Shown here piece after piece: positions 7,738 through 16,519 of a stretch of DNA of 64,000 bases. The notes below the pieces were generated by a model that did no database searches, was not told the origin of the DNA, and worked only from the letters and a program-made list of their open reading frames with translations. Each line of letters starts with the position of its first letter. Position 1 is the stretch's first letter. This DNA is from a virus (Duplodnaviria; Caudoviricetes). Where the stretch lies: IMG/VR virus record IMGVR_UViG_3300029305_001452, positions 75,973-139,972 of that record. The stretch is one strand, 5' to 3'. The position numbers and the translations under genes were made by a program.

Positions 7738-7826
7738 GGCGGGTTAATTCGGACGGCTCCGAACCTTGTCTTGAAAACAAGTGGTACCAGGGATGGTATG
7801 GGGATCGACACCTCAGCCCGTCGCCA
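7738..7826 (+). tRNA. 8/4 allo-tRNA-like tRNA-Ser(UGA)
   Basis: 8-bp acceptor; 6-bp D stem with 4-nt loop; CTTGT-CTTGAAA-ACAAG; long V arm; 4-bp T stem; GCCA. Confidence 0.8.
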
Positions 7827-7831
7827 TATAT

Positions 7832-7921
7832 GGAGAGTTACCCAAGTGGTCAAGGGGGCAGTTTGCTAAACTGCTAGGGGTTTAAAAGCCCGCGAGAGTT
7901 CGACCCTCTCACTCTCCGCCA
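7832..7921 (+). tRNA. tRNA-Ser(GCU)
   Basis: GCAGT-TTGCTAA-ACTGC; long V arm; GCCA. Confidence 0.92.
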
Positions 7922-8035
7922 TACCCCGTACATACCTGGGGTTGCATCGTGTATAAGTCTCGCATAACACTACTTATCTTGTGATGAGTTGACTGAATAA
8001 AGGTGTTATTTATCTTAAAGAAAGGAAAATATAAA

Positions 8036-8275
8036 ATGAGACTAAAGAGCATTAATGAAGTTAATGATTTTCTAGCAGTAGTTGACTCTTGCAACGGTGA
8101 TGTTTGGCTAGAATCTCAGTATGGTGATAGATTTAATCTAAAGTCAAAACTGTCACAGTATGTTGCTATTGGCGCACTACTAAGTGATAGTCAGGAAGAA
8201 CTAGAATTGTTCTGCTCTAAGGAAGACGAAGATAAGTTCTTTTCTTATTTTAGAGAGCATCCTGGTGTGAATTAA
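8036..8275 (+). CDS. HPr-fold-like small protein
   Basis: F..VVDSCNGDVWL...GDRFNLKS pattern of HPr-like proteins; canonical His15 absent. Confidence 0.6.
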   Translation: MRLKSINEVNDFLAVVDSCNGDVWLESQYGDRFNLKSKLSQYVAIGALLSDSQEELELFCSKEDEDKFFSYFREHPGVN

Positions 8276-8289
8276 GTAACACCATATAT

Positions 8290-8364
8290 AGCCCCGTGGC
8301 CAAGCGGCAAGGCGAAGGACTTTGACTCCTTTATTCACTGGTTCGAATCCAGTCGGGGCTGCCA
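8290..8364 (+). tRNA. tRNA-Gln(UUG)
   Basis: AAGGA-CTTTGAC-TCCTT; GCCA. Confidence 0.93.
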
Positions 8365-8368
8365 TAAC

Positions 8369-8442
8369 GGAGGATGTGGTGTAATGGTAGCACGCGAGTC
8401 TTGGGGTCTTGAAGCGCAGTTCGAATCTGACATCTTCCACCA
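8369..8442 (+). tRNA. tRNA-Pro(UGG), atypical (8-bp acceptor, short T stem)
   Basis: GGAGGATG/CATCTTCC; loop CTTGGGG; TTCGAAT; ACCA. Confidence 0.7.
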
Positions 8443-8465
8443 CAAAAAATAATTTGTCAAACCTC

Positions 8466-8494
8466 TTGACAAATCGCAAAATATATGATATAAT
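8466..8494 (+). promoter_or_regulatory. SigmaA promoter
   Basis: TTGACA-N17-TATAAT with TG. Confidence 0.85.
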
Positions 8495-8553
8495 CCAGAC
8501 ACTTAAAAGAAAACAACACAAAATTAATGGATGAATGAACGAGGTGATGAAGC

Positions 8554-9357
8554 TTGATGGAATATTATACAAGCTCATCTGAACAAATTCGACAAGATAC
8601 ATGTGATGAGGTAGAATATGTAGAAATTAAAAATCCATTTGGTTTTATTTATATTACAACTAATTTGATAAATGGTAAAAGATATATTGGACAAAGAAAG
8701 TTTTCTGATGGGTGGACAACATATCTTGGAAGTGGAAAGAGATTTAAAACGGCTCTGAAAAAATATGGTAGAAAAAATTTTGTTAGATTAATAGTTGATA
8801 TAGGCTATTCTCGTGAAGAACTAAATGATAAAGAAATTAGTATAATAAAATTTTTAAATGCCGTTGATAGCAGAAATTTTTATAATATATCAGAAGGCGG
8901 AGAGATAAAAGGCAAAAGTGGAAAAGATGCATACTGGTATAATAAAAAAATTCCACAAGAAAGCATAGAAAAGGCAAATTTAAAAAGATATAAACCTGTT
9001 TACCAGTTCGACTTAAATGGTAATTTTATTAAGCGTTATGAGTCCGTAACACATGCTGCAAAAGAAAATAATCTTAGCAAACAAGGAATAAGTAAGTCGT
9101 GTAATGATGATAGTAAAACATGCGGTGGTTATTTTTGGTCATACAGTGACAATATTGGCTTAAGAAAATATGATCCTACCAAAAATCATAAACCAGATGA
9201 AGTATATCAATATGATTATGATGGTAAGAAATTAATTAATATTTATATATCTGCAAAAGAGGCAAGCGAAAAAACTGGAATAGCTACATACAATATATAT
9301 GCTTGTCTTTCTGGTAAGAGAAAACATGCTGGAAATTTTACTTGGAAAAAGGAGTAA
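8554..9357 (+). CDS. Free-standing GIY-YIG homing endonuclease with two NUMOD1-like repeats
   Basis: GFIYITTNLINGKRYIG, YLGSG; two VYQ[FY]DxxG repeats. Confidence 0.9.
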   Translation: MMEYYTSSSEQIRQDTCDEVEYVEIKNPFGFIYITTNLINGKRYIGQRKFSDGWTTYLGSGKRFKTALKKYGRKNFVRLIVDIGYSREELNDKEISIIKFLNAVDSRNFYNISEGGEIKGKSGKDAYWYNKKIPQESIEKANLKRYKPVYQFDLNGNFIKRYESVTHAAKENNLSKQGISKSCNDDSKTCGGYFWSYSDNIGLRKYDPTKNHKPDEVYQYDYDGKKLINIYISAKEASEKTGIATYNIYACLSGKRKHAGNFTWKKE

Positions 9358-9364
9358 TTAAATT

Positions 9365-10021
9365 ATGAGTACAAAAGAAACATGCACTATCCACAAGGCA
9401 CTTTCCGAACTGAAGACTATTGATGACCGTATCATCAAGGCCATCCGTAGTAACACCTATGTACTAGCTGTTAAGCATTCAGCAGAGAAGATTAACGGTG
9501 TGAAGGTTGACACCTGCAAGGAGAATATGAAGAGTGGCTATCAGAAGGTTACCGACCTAATAGCTCGTCGTGTTGCAATGAAGAGAGCAGTTGTTCTTTC
9601 CAATGCAACCACTAAGGTTAAGGTTGGCAATAACGAATACACCGTGGCCGAGGCAATTGAGATGAAGAATCACGGTATGGAGTTCAAGAAGACTCTACTA
9701 CAGTATCTATATACTGCATATGGTTCTGCTCAGAACGAGTTCAATAAGAACAACGATGAGGCACTTGAAAAGAAGGCAGAGCAGTATGTTCTCGCAGTGA
9801 TTGCTGCACAGCCCAAGGACTCTAAGATGTCTGTTGATAGCGAAGCAATGAAGGCACTTCGTAAGACATACATCGAGAACAACACTTATGATTTGCTTGA
9901 TCCTCTGAATGTAGCTAAGATCATGGAAGAACTTGATTCTGAAATCAACGAGTTTGAAGCTGAAATTGATGCAGCACTGTCTGTTTCCAACGCACTAACT
10001 GTGATTGAGTTCGAGTATTAA
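9365..10021 (+). CDS. Coiled-coil protein (DIP1984/DUF6847-like by pattern)
   Basis: AAGGAG RBS; IHKALSELK...RI and EIDAALSVSNA.T.I; family assignment from memory. Confidence 0.7.
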   Translation: MSTKETCTIHKALSELKTIDDRIIKAIRSNTYVLAVKHSAEKINGVKVDTCKENMKSGYQKVTDLIARRVAMKRAVVLSNATTKVKVGNNEYTVAEAIEMKNHGMEFKKTLLQYLYTAYGSAQNEFNKNNDEALEKKAEQYVLAVIAAQPKDSKMSVDSEAMKALRKTYIENNTYDLLDPLNVAKIMEELDSEINEFEAEIDAALSVSNALTVIEFEY

Positions 10022-10028
10022 TTAATCT

Positions 10029-10446
10029 GCTTGCTGCTTTTCGAAAACCTTAAACGACTACTTATCTCTTCTTTTTTAATCATTTAGAGTGATATTAATA
10101 AGTTAAATAAAATGATTACTAAACAACTTTATGTACTTGAAATACATAAAACTCTTTGCCTAAGGGTTATAAATAATAAAAGATATGATAAATTAAGATG
10201 ATCATATAATTATTAATTAATTGTAACTGTAAAGCTTAAAGTTAAAAATTCAAGACTTAAGGTTCAAGGATCAAAGTTTTATTTTGGTCAAAGGTCGTTT
10301 ATTAAAGTAGTAAAGAGGGCTAAGAAGTTATAAATAATTGAATATTATGCGGAGCCCACAAAGTTTTACAAAATCCACGGTTAAAGGTTTGGGTGAGTGG
10401 TCAAGGCCCAAAGGTGAGCCTCGTGGCTGGAAAGTAGCAAGCACCA
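10029..10446 (+). ncRNA. ~418-nt structured RNA with tRNA-like ACCA end and heptamer array
   Basis: 14-bp terminal stem GCTTGCTGCTTTTC/GGAAAGTAGCAAGC plus ACCA; several internal helices. Confidence 0.65.
10230..10278 (+). repeat. Seven tandem degenerate 7-mers
   Basis: TAAAGCT TAAAGTT AAAAATT CAAGACT TAAGGTT CAAGGAT CAAAGTT. Confidence 0.75.
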
Positions 10447-10577
10447 GATAAAAATAATAAATGTTGAGTAGTGAGTATAAAGCCATATTGAGTATGCCAC
10501 AACGTACAAACTCAAGAAAACAGTGAAGAGCTGGATAACCTTCTGTACAAAGGTTGAATTGAGAGTGGCAGAGTTTA

Positions 10578-10653
10578 GTCCAAAGATGGTGTAAGGGTAG
10601 CACACAGAAGGGTAGGCCGGCGAGGTACTGTTCGAATCAGTTGAGGGCGACCA
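10578..10653 (+). pseudogene. Degenerate tRNA-like element
   Basis: D arm GTGT..GCAC, T arm ACTG-TTCGAAT-CAGT and ACCA are present; no anticodon stem; poor acceptor. Confidence 0.55.
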
Positions 10654-10863
10654 AAAAGAAAACTCTTAAAAGTACAGAGATATGAAAAAACGATGTAACA
10701 AATGAGAACTTGGTCGGTAGAGATTAATGATTAAAGATAGACCGTTGGTGAGTCATGCGCAGACAAATCCAACCATCGTTCCCATAGATGAAATTTCTAT
10801 GGCTCAATGAATTACAAATAACATACGAAAGTGTGTTAAATAATCCAAAGGAGGACTTTGCCT

Positions 10864-10911
10864 ATGATTGCATTCGCTAAATCCACCTCGGAGGATACTC
10901 CAATCGGCTGA
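10864..10911 (+). CDS. Putative 15-aa micropeptide MIAFAKSTSEDTPIG
   Basis: AAAGGAGG RBS; paralog at 7648. Confidence 0.4.
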   Translation: MIAFAKSTSEDTPIG

Positions 10912-10950
10912 TTGGGTTCCTGGGGCAAGAACTGAAACTGCCCCTCATAT

Positions 10951-11028
10951 TGCGGAGTAGACAAGAGGTCTAAGTCGCCAGCCTCATAAGCTGGAAATCG
11001 TTGGTTCGAATCCAACCTCACGCAACCA
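10951..11028 (+). tRNA. tRNA-Met(CAU), initiator-like, bulged acceptor
   Basis: CCAGC-CTCATAA-GCTGG; ACCA. Confidence 0.8.
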
Positions 11029-11031
11029 CAT

Positions 11032-11121
11032 GCCGCAGTGGTGGAATAGGTAGACACCCGGGACTTAAAATCCCGTGAGGCTAAACCCCTCGTACCGGTT
11101 CGACCCCGGTCTGCGGCACCA
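11032..11121 (+). tRNA. tRNA-Leu(UAA)
   Basis: CGGGA-CTTAAAA-TCCCG; long V arm; ACCA. Confidence 0.95.
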
Positions 11122-11175
11122 CCTGAACAAATGGCATCGTGTTATGTGTGGCTGACCAACCTTAAGGTCATATAT

Positions 11176-11251
11176 GCCCCAGTAGCTCAACTGGCAGAGT
11201 ACTTGATTTGTAATCAAGATGTTGCAGGTTCAACTCCTGTCTGGGGCTCCA
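11176..11251 (+). tRNA. tRNA-Thr(UGU)
   Basis: CTTGA-TTTGTAA-TCAAG; TCCA. Confidence 0.93.
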
Positions 11252-11377
11252 TACTAAAAACAAATCCTGTCGGCAACACTAGAATTATAAATAAGCTAAA
11301 GTGCAAGGTTCATGCCCTAGAAAATTAAATATAGCTACTAGACAGCATGCCACATCCCGTGCTTCTGTCACTATAAG

Positions 11378-11407
11378 GCACCGGGCAAAACTCGGTGCTA
11401 TTTTTTT
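11378..11407 (+). terminator. Intrinsic terminator ending the tRNA array
   Basis: GCACCGGG-CAAAA-CTCGGTGC plus T tract. Confidence 0.8.
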
Positions 11408-11419
11408 ACAATTTAGGCC

Positions 11420-11448
11420 TTGACAAACTTAAATTAATGCGTTATATT
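11420..11448 (+). promoter_or_regulatory. SigmaA promoter of the methyltransferase operon
   Basis: TTGACA-N17-TATATT. Confidence 0.7.
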
Positions 11449-11489
11449 AACAGTACAAAATTAATATTAAATAAAGGAGACATAATTAA

Positions 11490-13922
11490 ATGACAGAAAA
11501 GATTACAATGATAGAACTCTTCTCTGGTGTTGGAGCACAGGAAAGAGCACTACGGCAACTTAACATTCCATATGAGGTGACTCATACTTGTGATCTAGAC
11601 AAAGATGCGGTTCTTAGTTATGCTGCAATGAGAACCGACTTTGAAAATGAATTTAACTCTTATAATTTCCCATCCGTAGAAGATATGATTTCAGAATTGC
11701 AGAGTAAAAATGTTGGCTATGACTTTATGAAGGGCAAGCACACCATTACAACTCGTACATCTGTTAACAAGTTGAAGCAATATTATCTTGCGGATAAATT
11801 ATCCAAAAATCTTGGAGATATCGGAAAGATTGAAAGACTTCCTTATGCTGATATGGTTACTTACTCTTTCCCTTGTACTGATTTATCCGTGGCTGGCAAG
11901 GGTGAGGGTATGCAGAACAAGTGTGAATCTTGTGGTCATTCTTGGCCTATTGACTTTAGTAGTTCCGAAGAGGTACTAGTCTGCCCTAATTGTGGTGAAA
12001 ATGTGTCTTCTAGCACTCGTTCTGGTTTGCTAGGGCAGGTTCAGAGACTTCTATCTGTTGCTTATGAGAATAACGAATTGCCTAAGTATCTTCTTCTTGA
12101 GAATGTAAAGAATCTTGTTGGCAAGAAATTTGTTAATCAGTTCGATGCTTGGGTTAAGTGGCTTGACGGCATTGGTTATAATACATATTATCAAGTACTT
12201 AATGCGAAGCACTACGGTATCCCTCAGAATCGTGAGCGTATCTTTGCACTTTCTATTCGTAAGGACATTGATAATGGTGAATTTAAGTTCCCAAATAAAA
12301 TTCCTCTTAATATTCGCTTAAAGAATATTCTGGAAAAGAATGTTGATGAGAAGTATTATTTACCAGATGAGCGTATTGATAAAATTCTAAACTCAACATT
12401 TATTCAAGAAAAGAAACGTATTCAAATGAAGGATGTGTGCGATACACTTCTTGCACGAGACTGGAAAGATCCTAAGTGCGTACAGGTGGAAGGCGATACA
12501 AGTCCTATTAGGTTAGGTAATATTTATGATGAGAAGTTTGGCACCGGTTATGCTGGAAATGTATGGGATAAAAATGGCATATCTCCAACTCTTCAGACGG
12601 CACAAGGCGGCAATAGACAGCCGTTGGTTATTGACGAAGTCAAAGTAGAGCCGTTCATCGTAGCTTCTCGTGGTAGAAATCCAGACAATCCTTCTGATAG
12701 AACTACTGGAGCGCCCACAGAGCAAAGACTTGAGCCGAATTTTAGTGGTTGCACAAATACTCTTACATCCGTGCAAAAGGATAATTATGTTGCAGAACCT
12801 CAGGTGCTTCGTGCTGAAAGAACTGAATACGGTAAGGCCATTCGTAAGCAATATGAATCTGGAGAAGTCTATGAAAAGATTAGCAATATGAGAGAATTGA
12901 CTCCTCGGACAGATGGTGTTAGTAATACTATTACCACCTTATTAAAGGACAACTATGTTTATGAGCCTCAAGTTAAGAATGTAGGTAATATTTATCCGTC
13001 TAATGGTCAGAATGGTAATATTTATGATATTGACGGTATTAGCCCAACTATCAATGCGGGTACTGGTGTTAAGGGTTGTGGCATTGGTAGCAATAATGCT
13101 CCTAAGGTCATCGTGCCAGAATTATTAAATGGCAATTGTGCATATGAGCCACAGATGGTTATTGGAAGTATGCAAGCAAATTCATATATTGGTGATTGTA
13201 GCATTAGTCCATCTCTTACAGCTGCCATGGGAATGGGTGGCGGTCAGATACCTATGGTTGGTTATGTTACAAAAGATCCTATTATATACGATGATTATAA
13301 TAGTCGTATTAGTTCTGACCAGGATGCTATCAACACACTTACTACCAACTGCGGTGCATCTGCTGAAAGAAATGGCGTTAAGATTATTGAACCGATTGTT
13401 TGTGAAGAGCGTAGGGATGAGGGTATCCGTTTCTTTAAGGACGATTGTGTTGGCACACTAAGAACTATTGATGCATGTGGTGACAAAAGAGTTCTTGAGC
13501 CTGAGCCTCAACTAGAGTTTGTTGGTGGATTGGGTGAAAAGGATTGGGTTAAAGACGGTAAAATGTTAAGTCGTAACTACCCTCAAGGCTCCAGTGTTTA
13601 TTCCTCTGATGGAATCGCCTCTGCGTTAACTGCACAAGGTGTTGGTGGAGCTGGTGGTTATAGTGGATTATATACGGTAGAGGAAGAGCCTAAAAATATT
13701 AAGTGGCGCATTCGTAAGCTTACCCCTAAGGAGTGTTGGCGTTTAATGGGCTTTACAGATGAAGACCACGATAGAGCGTCAAAATATGTAAGTGCCTCTT
13801 CTCTATATAAGCAAGCTGGTAATTCTATTTGTACTTGTTGCCTAATTGCAATTTTTAATGCGCTATTCCTACACGATTACAGTACTTCTTATTGTGATAA
13901 GCTAGTAGATTATAATTCTTAA
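11490..13922 (+). CDS. DNA (cytosine-5)-methyltransferase with expanded, repeated variable region
   Basis: ELFSGVG, FPCTDLS, LLENVKNL, PQNRER, RKLTPKECWRLMGF, QAGNSI. Confidence 0.92.
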   Translation: MTEKITMIELFSGVGAQERALRQLNIPYEVTHTCDLDKDAVLSYAAMRTDFENEFNSYNFPSVEDMISELQSKNVGYDFMKGKHTITTRTSVNKLKQYYLADKLSKNLGDIGKIERLPYADMVTYSFPCTDLSVAGKGEGMQNKCESCGHSWPIDFSSSEEVLVCPNCGENVSSSTRSGLLGQVQRLLSVAYENNELPKYLLLENVKNLVGKKFVNQFDAWVKWLDGIGYNTYYQVLNAKHYGIPQNRERIFALSIRKDIDNGEFKFPNKIPLNIRLKNILEKNVDEKYYLPDERIDKILNSTFIQEKKRIQMKDVCDTLLARDWKDPKCVQVEGDTSPIRLGNIYDEKFGTGYAGNVWDKNGISPTLQTAQGGNRQPLVIDEVKVEPFIVASRGRNPDNPSDRTTGAPTEQRLEPNFSGCTNTLTSVQKDNYVAEPQVLRAERTEYGKAIRKQYESGEVYEKISNMRELTPRTDGVSNTITTLLKDNYVYEPQVKNVGNIYPSNGQNGNIYDIDGISPTINAGTGVKGCGIGSNNAPKVIVPELLNGNCAYEPQMVIGSMQANSYIGDCSISPSLTAAMGMGGGQIPMVGYVTKDPIIYDDYNSRISSDQDAINTLTTNCGASAERNGVKIIEPIVCEERRDEGIRFFKDDCVGTLRTIDACGDKRVLEPEPQLEFVGGLGEKDWVKDGKMLSRNYPQGSSVYSSDGIASALTAQGVGGAGGYSGLYTVEEEPKNIKWRIRKLTPKECWRLMGFTDEDHDRASKYVSASSLYKQAGNSICTCCLIAIFNALFLHDYSTSYCDKLVDYNS

Positions 13923-13946
13923 CAATACAAAATTAATGGAGGACTA

Positions 13947-14807
13947 ATGAAAATTTTAAGTTTATGTGACGGGATATCTTGTTGTCATATTGCACTTGAT
14001 AGAGCGGGCATTACTGTAAAAGAATACTATGCAGCAGAAATCAAAGAAATTGGAATTAGAGTAACAAAAGATAATTATCCTGACACTATCCATATTGGTG
14101 ATGTGAATAAAATTAGTTATAGAGACGGTGTGTTATACACAGAGAATGGCAATTATAATGTTGGTCATATTGACCTTGTCGCTTTCGGAAGTCCATGTCA
14201 GAGCTTCTCACAGGCTATGAAGACTCATATGAGAGTTGGTCTAGAAGATAAAACGCGGTCTGGTCTGTTCCTAGAGTGCTACAGAATTCTCAAGGAAGTC
14301 AATCCTACATATTTCTTAATGGAAAATGTGGCAAGCATGAAGCAAGAAGATAAAGATTTTATTTCTAAGCTTATGGGTGTTGAGCCTATTCGTATTAATA
14401 GTAAGCTTGTTGGACCAGCGCTTAGAGATAGATTGTATTGGACAAACATTCCTAATGTAACTCAGCCCAAGGATAAGAAAATTACTCTACAAAGTATTCT
14501 TACTAGTGGTTATACAGACAGAGAAAAGGCGCGAGCGTTGCTTGTTAGTGATAGCCGTCCGTTGACAGATAAGAAAAGAATGATGCACAGATACCGTGAT
14601 ACTGGCTTTACAACCATTATTTGGGAAGAAAAGGGTAACGACGATTCTATTCGGTATATGAATCAGATAGAGCTTGAGAGATGTCAAAATGTCCCTGAAG
14701 GCTATACAAAATGTCTAACAAGAAATGAGGCGGCAAATGTTCTTGGTGATGGTTGGAGTGTCGATGTAATCGCGCATATTTTTAAAAATTTAACAACACA
14801 AAATTAA
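13947..14807 (+). CDS. DNA (cytosine-5)-methyltransferase
   Basis: LSLCDG, GSPCQSFS, FLMENV, RxRLYW, LGDGW. Confidence 0.88.
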   Translation: MKILSLCDGISCCHIALDRAGITVKEYYAAEIKEIGIRVTKDNYPDTIHIGDVNKISYRDGVLYTENGNYNVGHIDLVAFGSPCQSFSQAMKTHMRVGLEDKTRSGLFLECYRILKEVNPTYFLMENVASMKQEDKDFISKLMGVEPIRINSKLVGPALRDRLYWTNIPNVTQPKDKKITLQSILTSGYTDREKARALLVSDSRPLTDKKRMMHRYRDTGFTTIIWEEKGNDDSIRYMNQIELERCQNVPEGYTKCLTRNEAANVLGDGWSVDVIAHIFKNLTTQN

Positions 14808-14822
14808 TGAGGAGAAATAACA

Positions 14823-15851
14823 ATGAAGTATTTTAGTAATGAAATCGTGTTTAGAGGACATCCCGATAAGGTTTGTGATCAGATTAGTGCGGCAATTCTA
14901 GCAGAATGTGTAAAGCAAGATCGAAACACTAGAGCAGGTATTGAAGTAGCTGGTGGCAAGGGTAAAATCTTTGTCACAGGAGAAGTAACCACTAAGGCTA
15001 AGTTTAATACAGAAGAGATTGTAAAGAAAGTGCTTCGTGATGTTGGATACAGTGACAACTATGAGGTCATTGATAATATTGGCAAGCAGTCCGCAGATAT
15101 TGCTCTTGGTGTTGATGTTGGTGGTGCCGGTGACCAGGGCATGATGTTCGGCTATGCTTGTAATGATACTCCTCAGATGCTACCTACAGCAATGGTAATT
15201 CTACAGGAGTTTGCAAAGTTCTATGATAAGCTATGCCATAAGGATAAGAGATTCCTACCCGATGGTAAAGCACAGATTACTGGTCTTTATGATAACAGTT
15301 TTAAGCTTGTAAAGATTAAGGATTTCACAATTTCTTATCAGAACACTGAAGAAGATAGAGATTATACCGACGCCATCCTAGAGGGCGCTGCAAGATTTAT
15401 TTGTATTTCTAATGGTGTTACTGATATTGATAGATTCCTTATCAACCCTACTGGCAAGTTCCTAATTGGTGGCTTTGATGGCGATGCTGGTCTAACTGGC
15501 AGAAAGATTGTAGTTGATGCCTATCAGTCTTTCGCCAATGTTGGTGGTGGTTGTCAGAATGGCAAGGATGCCACTAAGGTTGATTTTTCTGCCTCTCATA
15601 TGGCACGTAAGATTGCGTGTGAATATCTAAAGAAGCACGATTTAAAGTGGTGTGAGGTGCAGCTATCTTATGCAATTGGTGTAGCAGAGCCTCTTGCAAT
15701 TTATATTGATAGTAATATTGGTAACATCGTTCCTGATGAATCTCTGTATCCTAGATGTACACCTAAGAATATTATTGACGAACTTCATCTACTAGATATT
15801 GATTATGAAAAGTTGGCAATGTTTGGTCATTATGTGGAAGCAGAGGTGTAA
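14823..15851 (+). CDS. metK: S-adenosylmethionine synthetase
   Basis: GHPDKVCDQIS, GAGDQGMMFGYA, DAGLTGRKIVVD. Confidence 0.95.
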   Translation: MKYFSNEIVFRGHPDKVCDQISAAILAECVKQDRNTRAGIEVAGGKGKIFVTGEVTTKAKFNTEEIVKKVLRDVGYSDNYEVIDNIGKQSADIALGVDVGGAGDQGMMFGYACNDTPQMLPTAMVILQEFAKFYDKLCHKDKRFLPDGKAQITGLYDNSFKLVKIKDFTISYQNTEEDRDYTDAILEGAARFICISNGVTDIDRFLINPTGKFLIGGFDGDAGLTGRKIVVDAYQSFANVGGGCQNGKDATKVDFSASHMARKIACEYLKKHDLKWCEVQLSYAIGVAEPLAIYIDSNIGNIVPDESLYPRCTPKNIIDELHLLDIDYEKLAMFGHYVEAEV

Positions 15852-15853
15852 TT

Positions 15854-16519
15854 ATGCCAAAGATGCTTGATTTATTTTGTGGAACTAAATCTATGGCAAA
15901 AGCTTTTGCAAGAGCTGGGTGGGAAACATATACAGTAGACTGGAGTGAAGAATTTGAACCAACATTGTGTTGTGATGTCAACACTCTAACAGTTGATAAG
16001 ATTATTGAGCTTTGTGGCGGAGTCCCCGACTTCGTCCACATGAGCCCAGATTGTACATCTTATTCTGTTGCCGCAATTTCTCGTCATAGAAAACAAAACA
16101 AAGAAACTGGTGAGCTTGAAGCTATTTCTAATTATGCTAAATTTTGCGACAGTACCAATTCGTATATCATTGATTTAGTTGTCAATCAGTTAAAACCCAC
16201 TTTCTATACAATTGAAAATCCTCGTTCTGCAATGAGGAAAATGTTCTTTGTTAGAGAGCTTCCTAGATATACAACTACATATTGCCAATGGGGAGACACA
16301 CGAATGAAGCCTACTGACATCTGGACGAATCTTCCTAATCCTAATTTTCCTTGTTGTAAAAATGGTGATCCTTGCCACGAGAAAGCTCCTCGTGGTAGTA
16401 GAACTGGCACACAAGGAATTAAGGGGGCAAAGGATAGATCTCGTATCCCAGATAAGTTGTGTGAATATATTGTGAAGCTATGTGAAAGTGGACTAAGCAA
16501 CATGGACGGTGATAATTGA
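15854..16519 (+). CDS. Small C5 DNA methyltransferase-like protein
   Basis: LDLFCG, SPDC, IENP, YCQWG, KPTDIW. Confidence 0.8.
   Translation: MPKMLDLFCGTKSMAKAFARAGWETYTVDWSEEFEPTLCCDVNTLTVDKIIELCGGVPDFVHMSPDCTSYSVAAISRHRKQNKETGELEAISNYAKFCDSTNSYIIDLVVNQLKPTFYTIENPRSAMRKMFFVRELPRYTTTYCQWGDTRMKPTDIWTNLPNPNFPCCKNGDPCHEKAPRGSRTGTQGIKGAKDRSRIPDKLCEYIVKLCESGLSNMDGDN

Noticed and set aside
7738-7826. True tRNA-Sec
   Set aside because: The anticodon is UGA (reads Ser UCA), not UCA, and no sel genes are present.
7950-8010. Possible hammerhead ribozyme (GTGATGAG...GAA)
   Set aside because: Lacks the full CUGANGA/GAAA core and consistent stems.
10230-10278. CRISPR or guide array
   Set aside because: Repeats are 7 nt, degenerate and without spacers; no cas gene is seen in the window.
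10029-10446. tmRNA
   Set aside because: No G3.U70 alanine acceptor, no T arm before the CCA, and no convincing tag frame.
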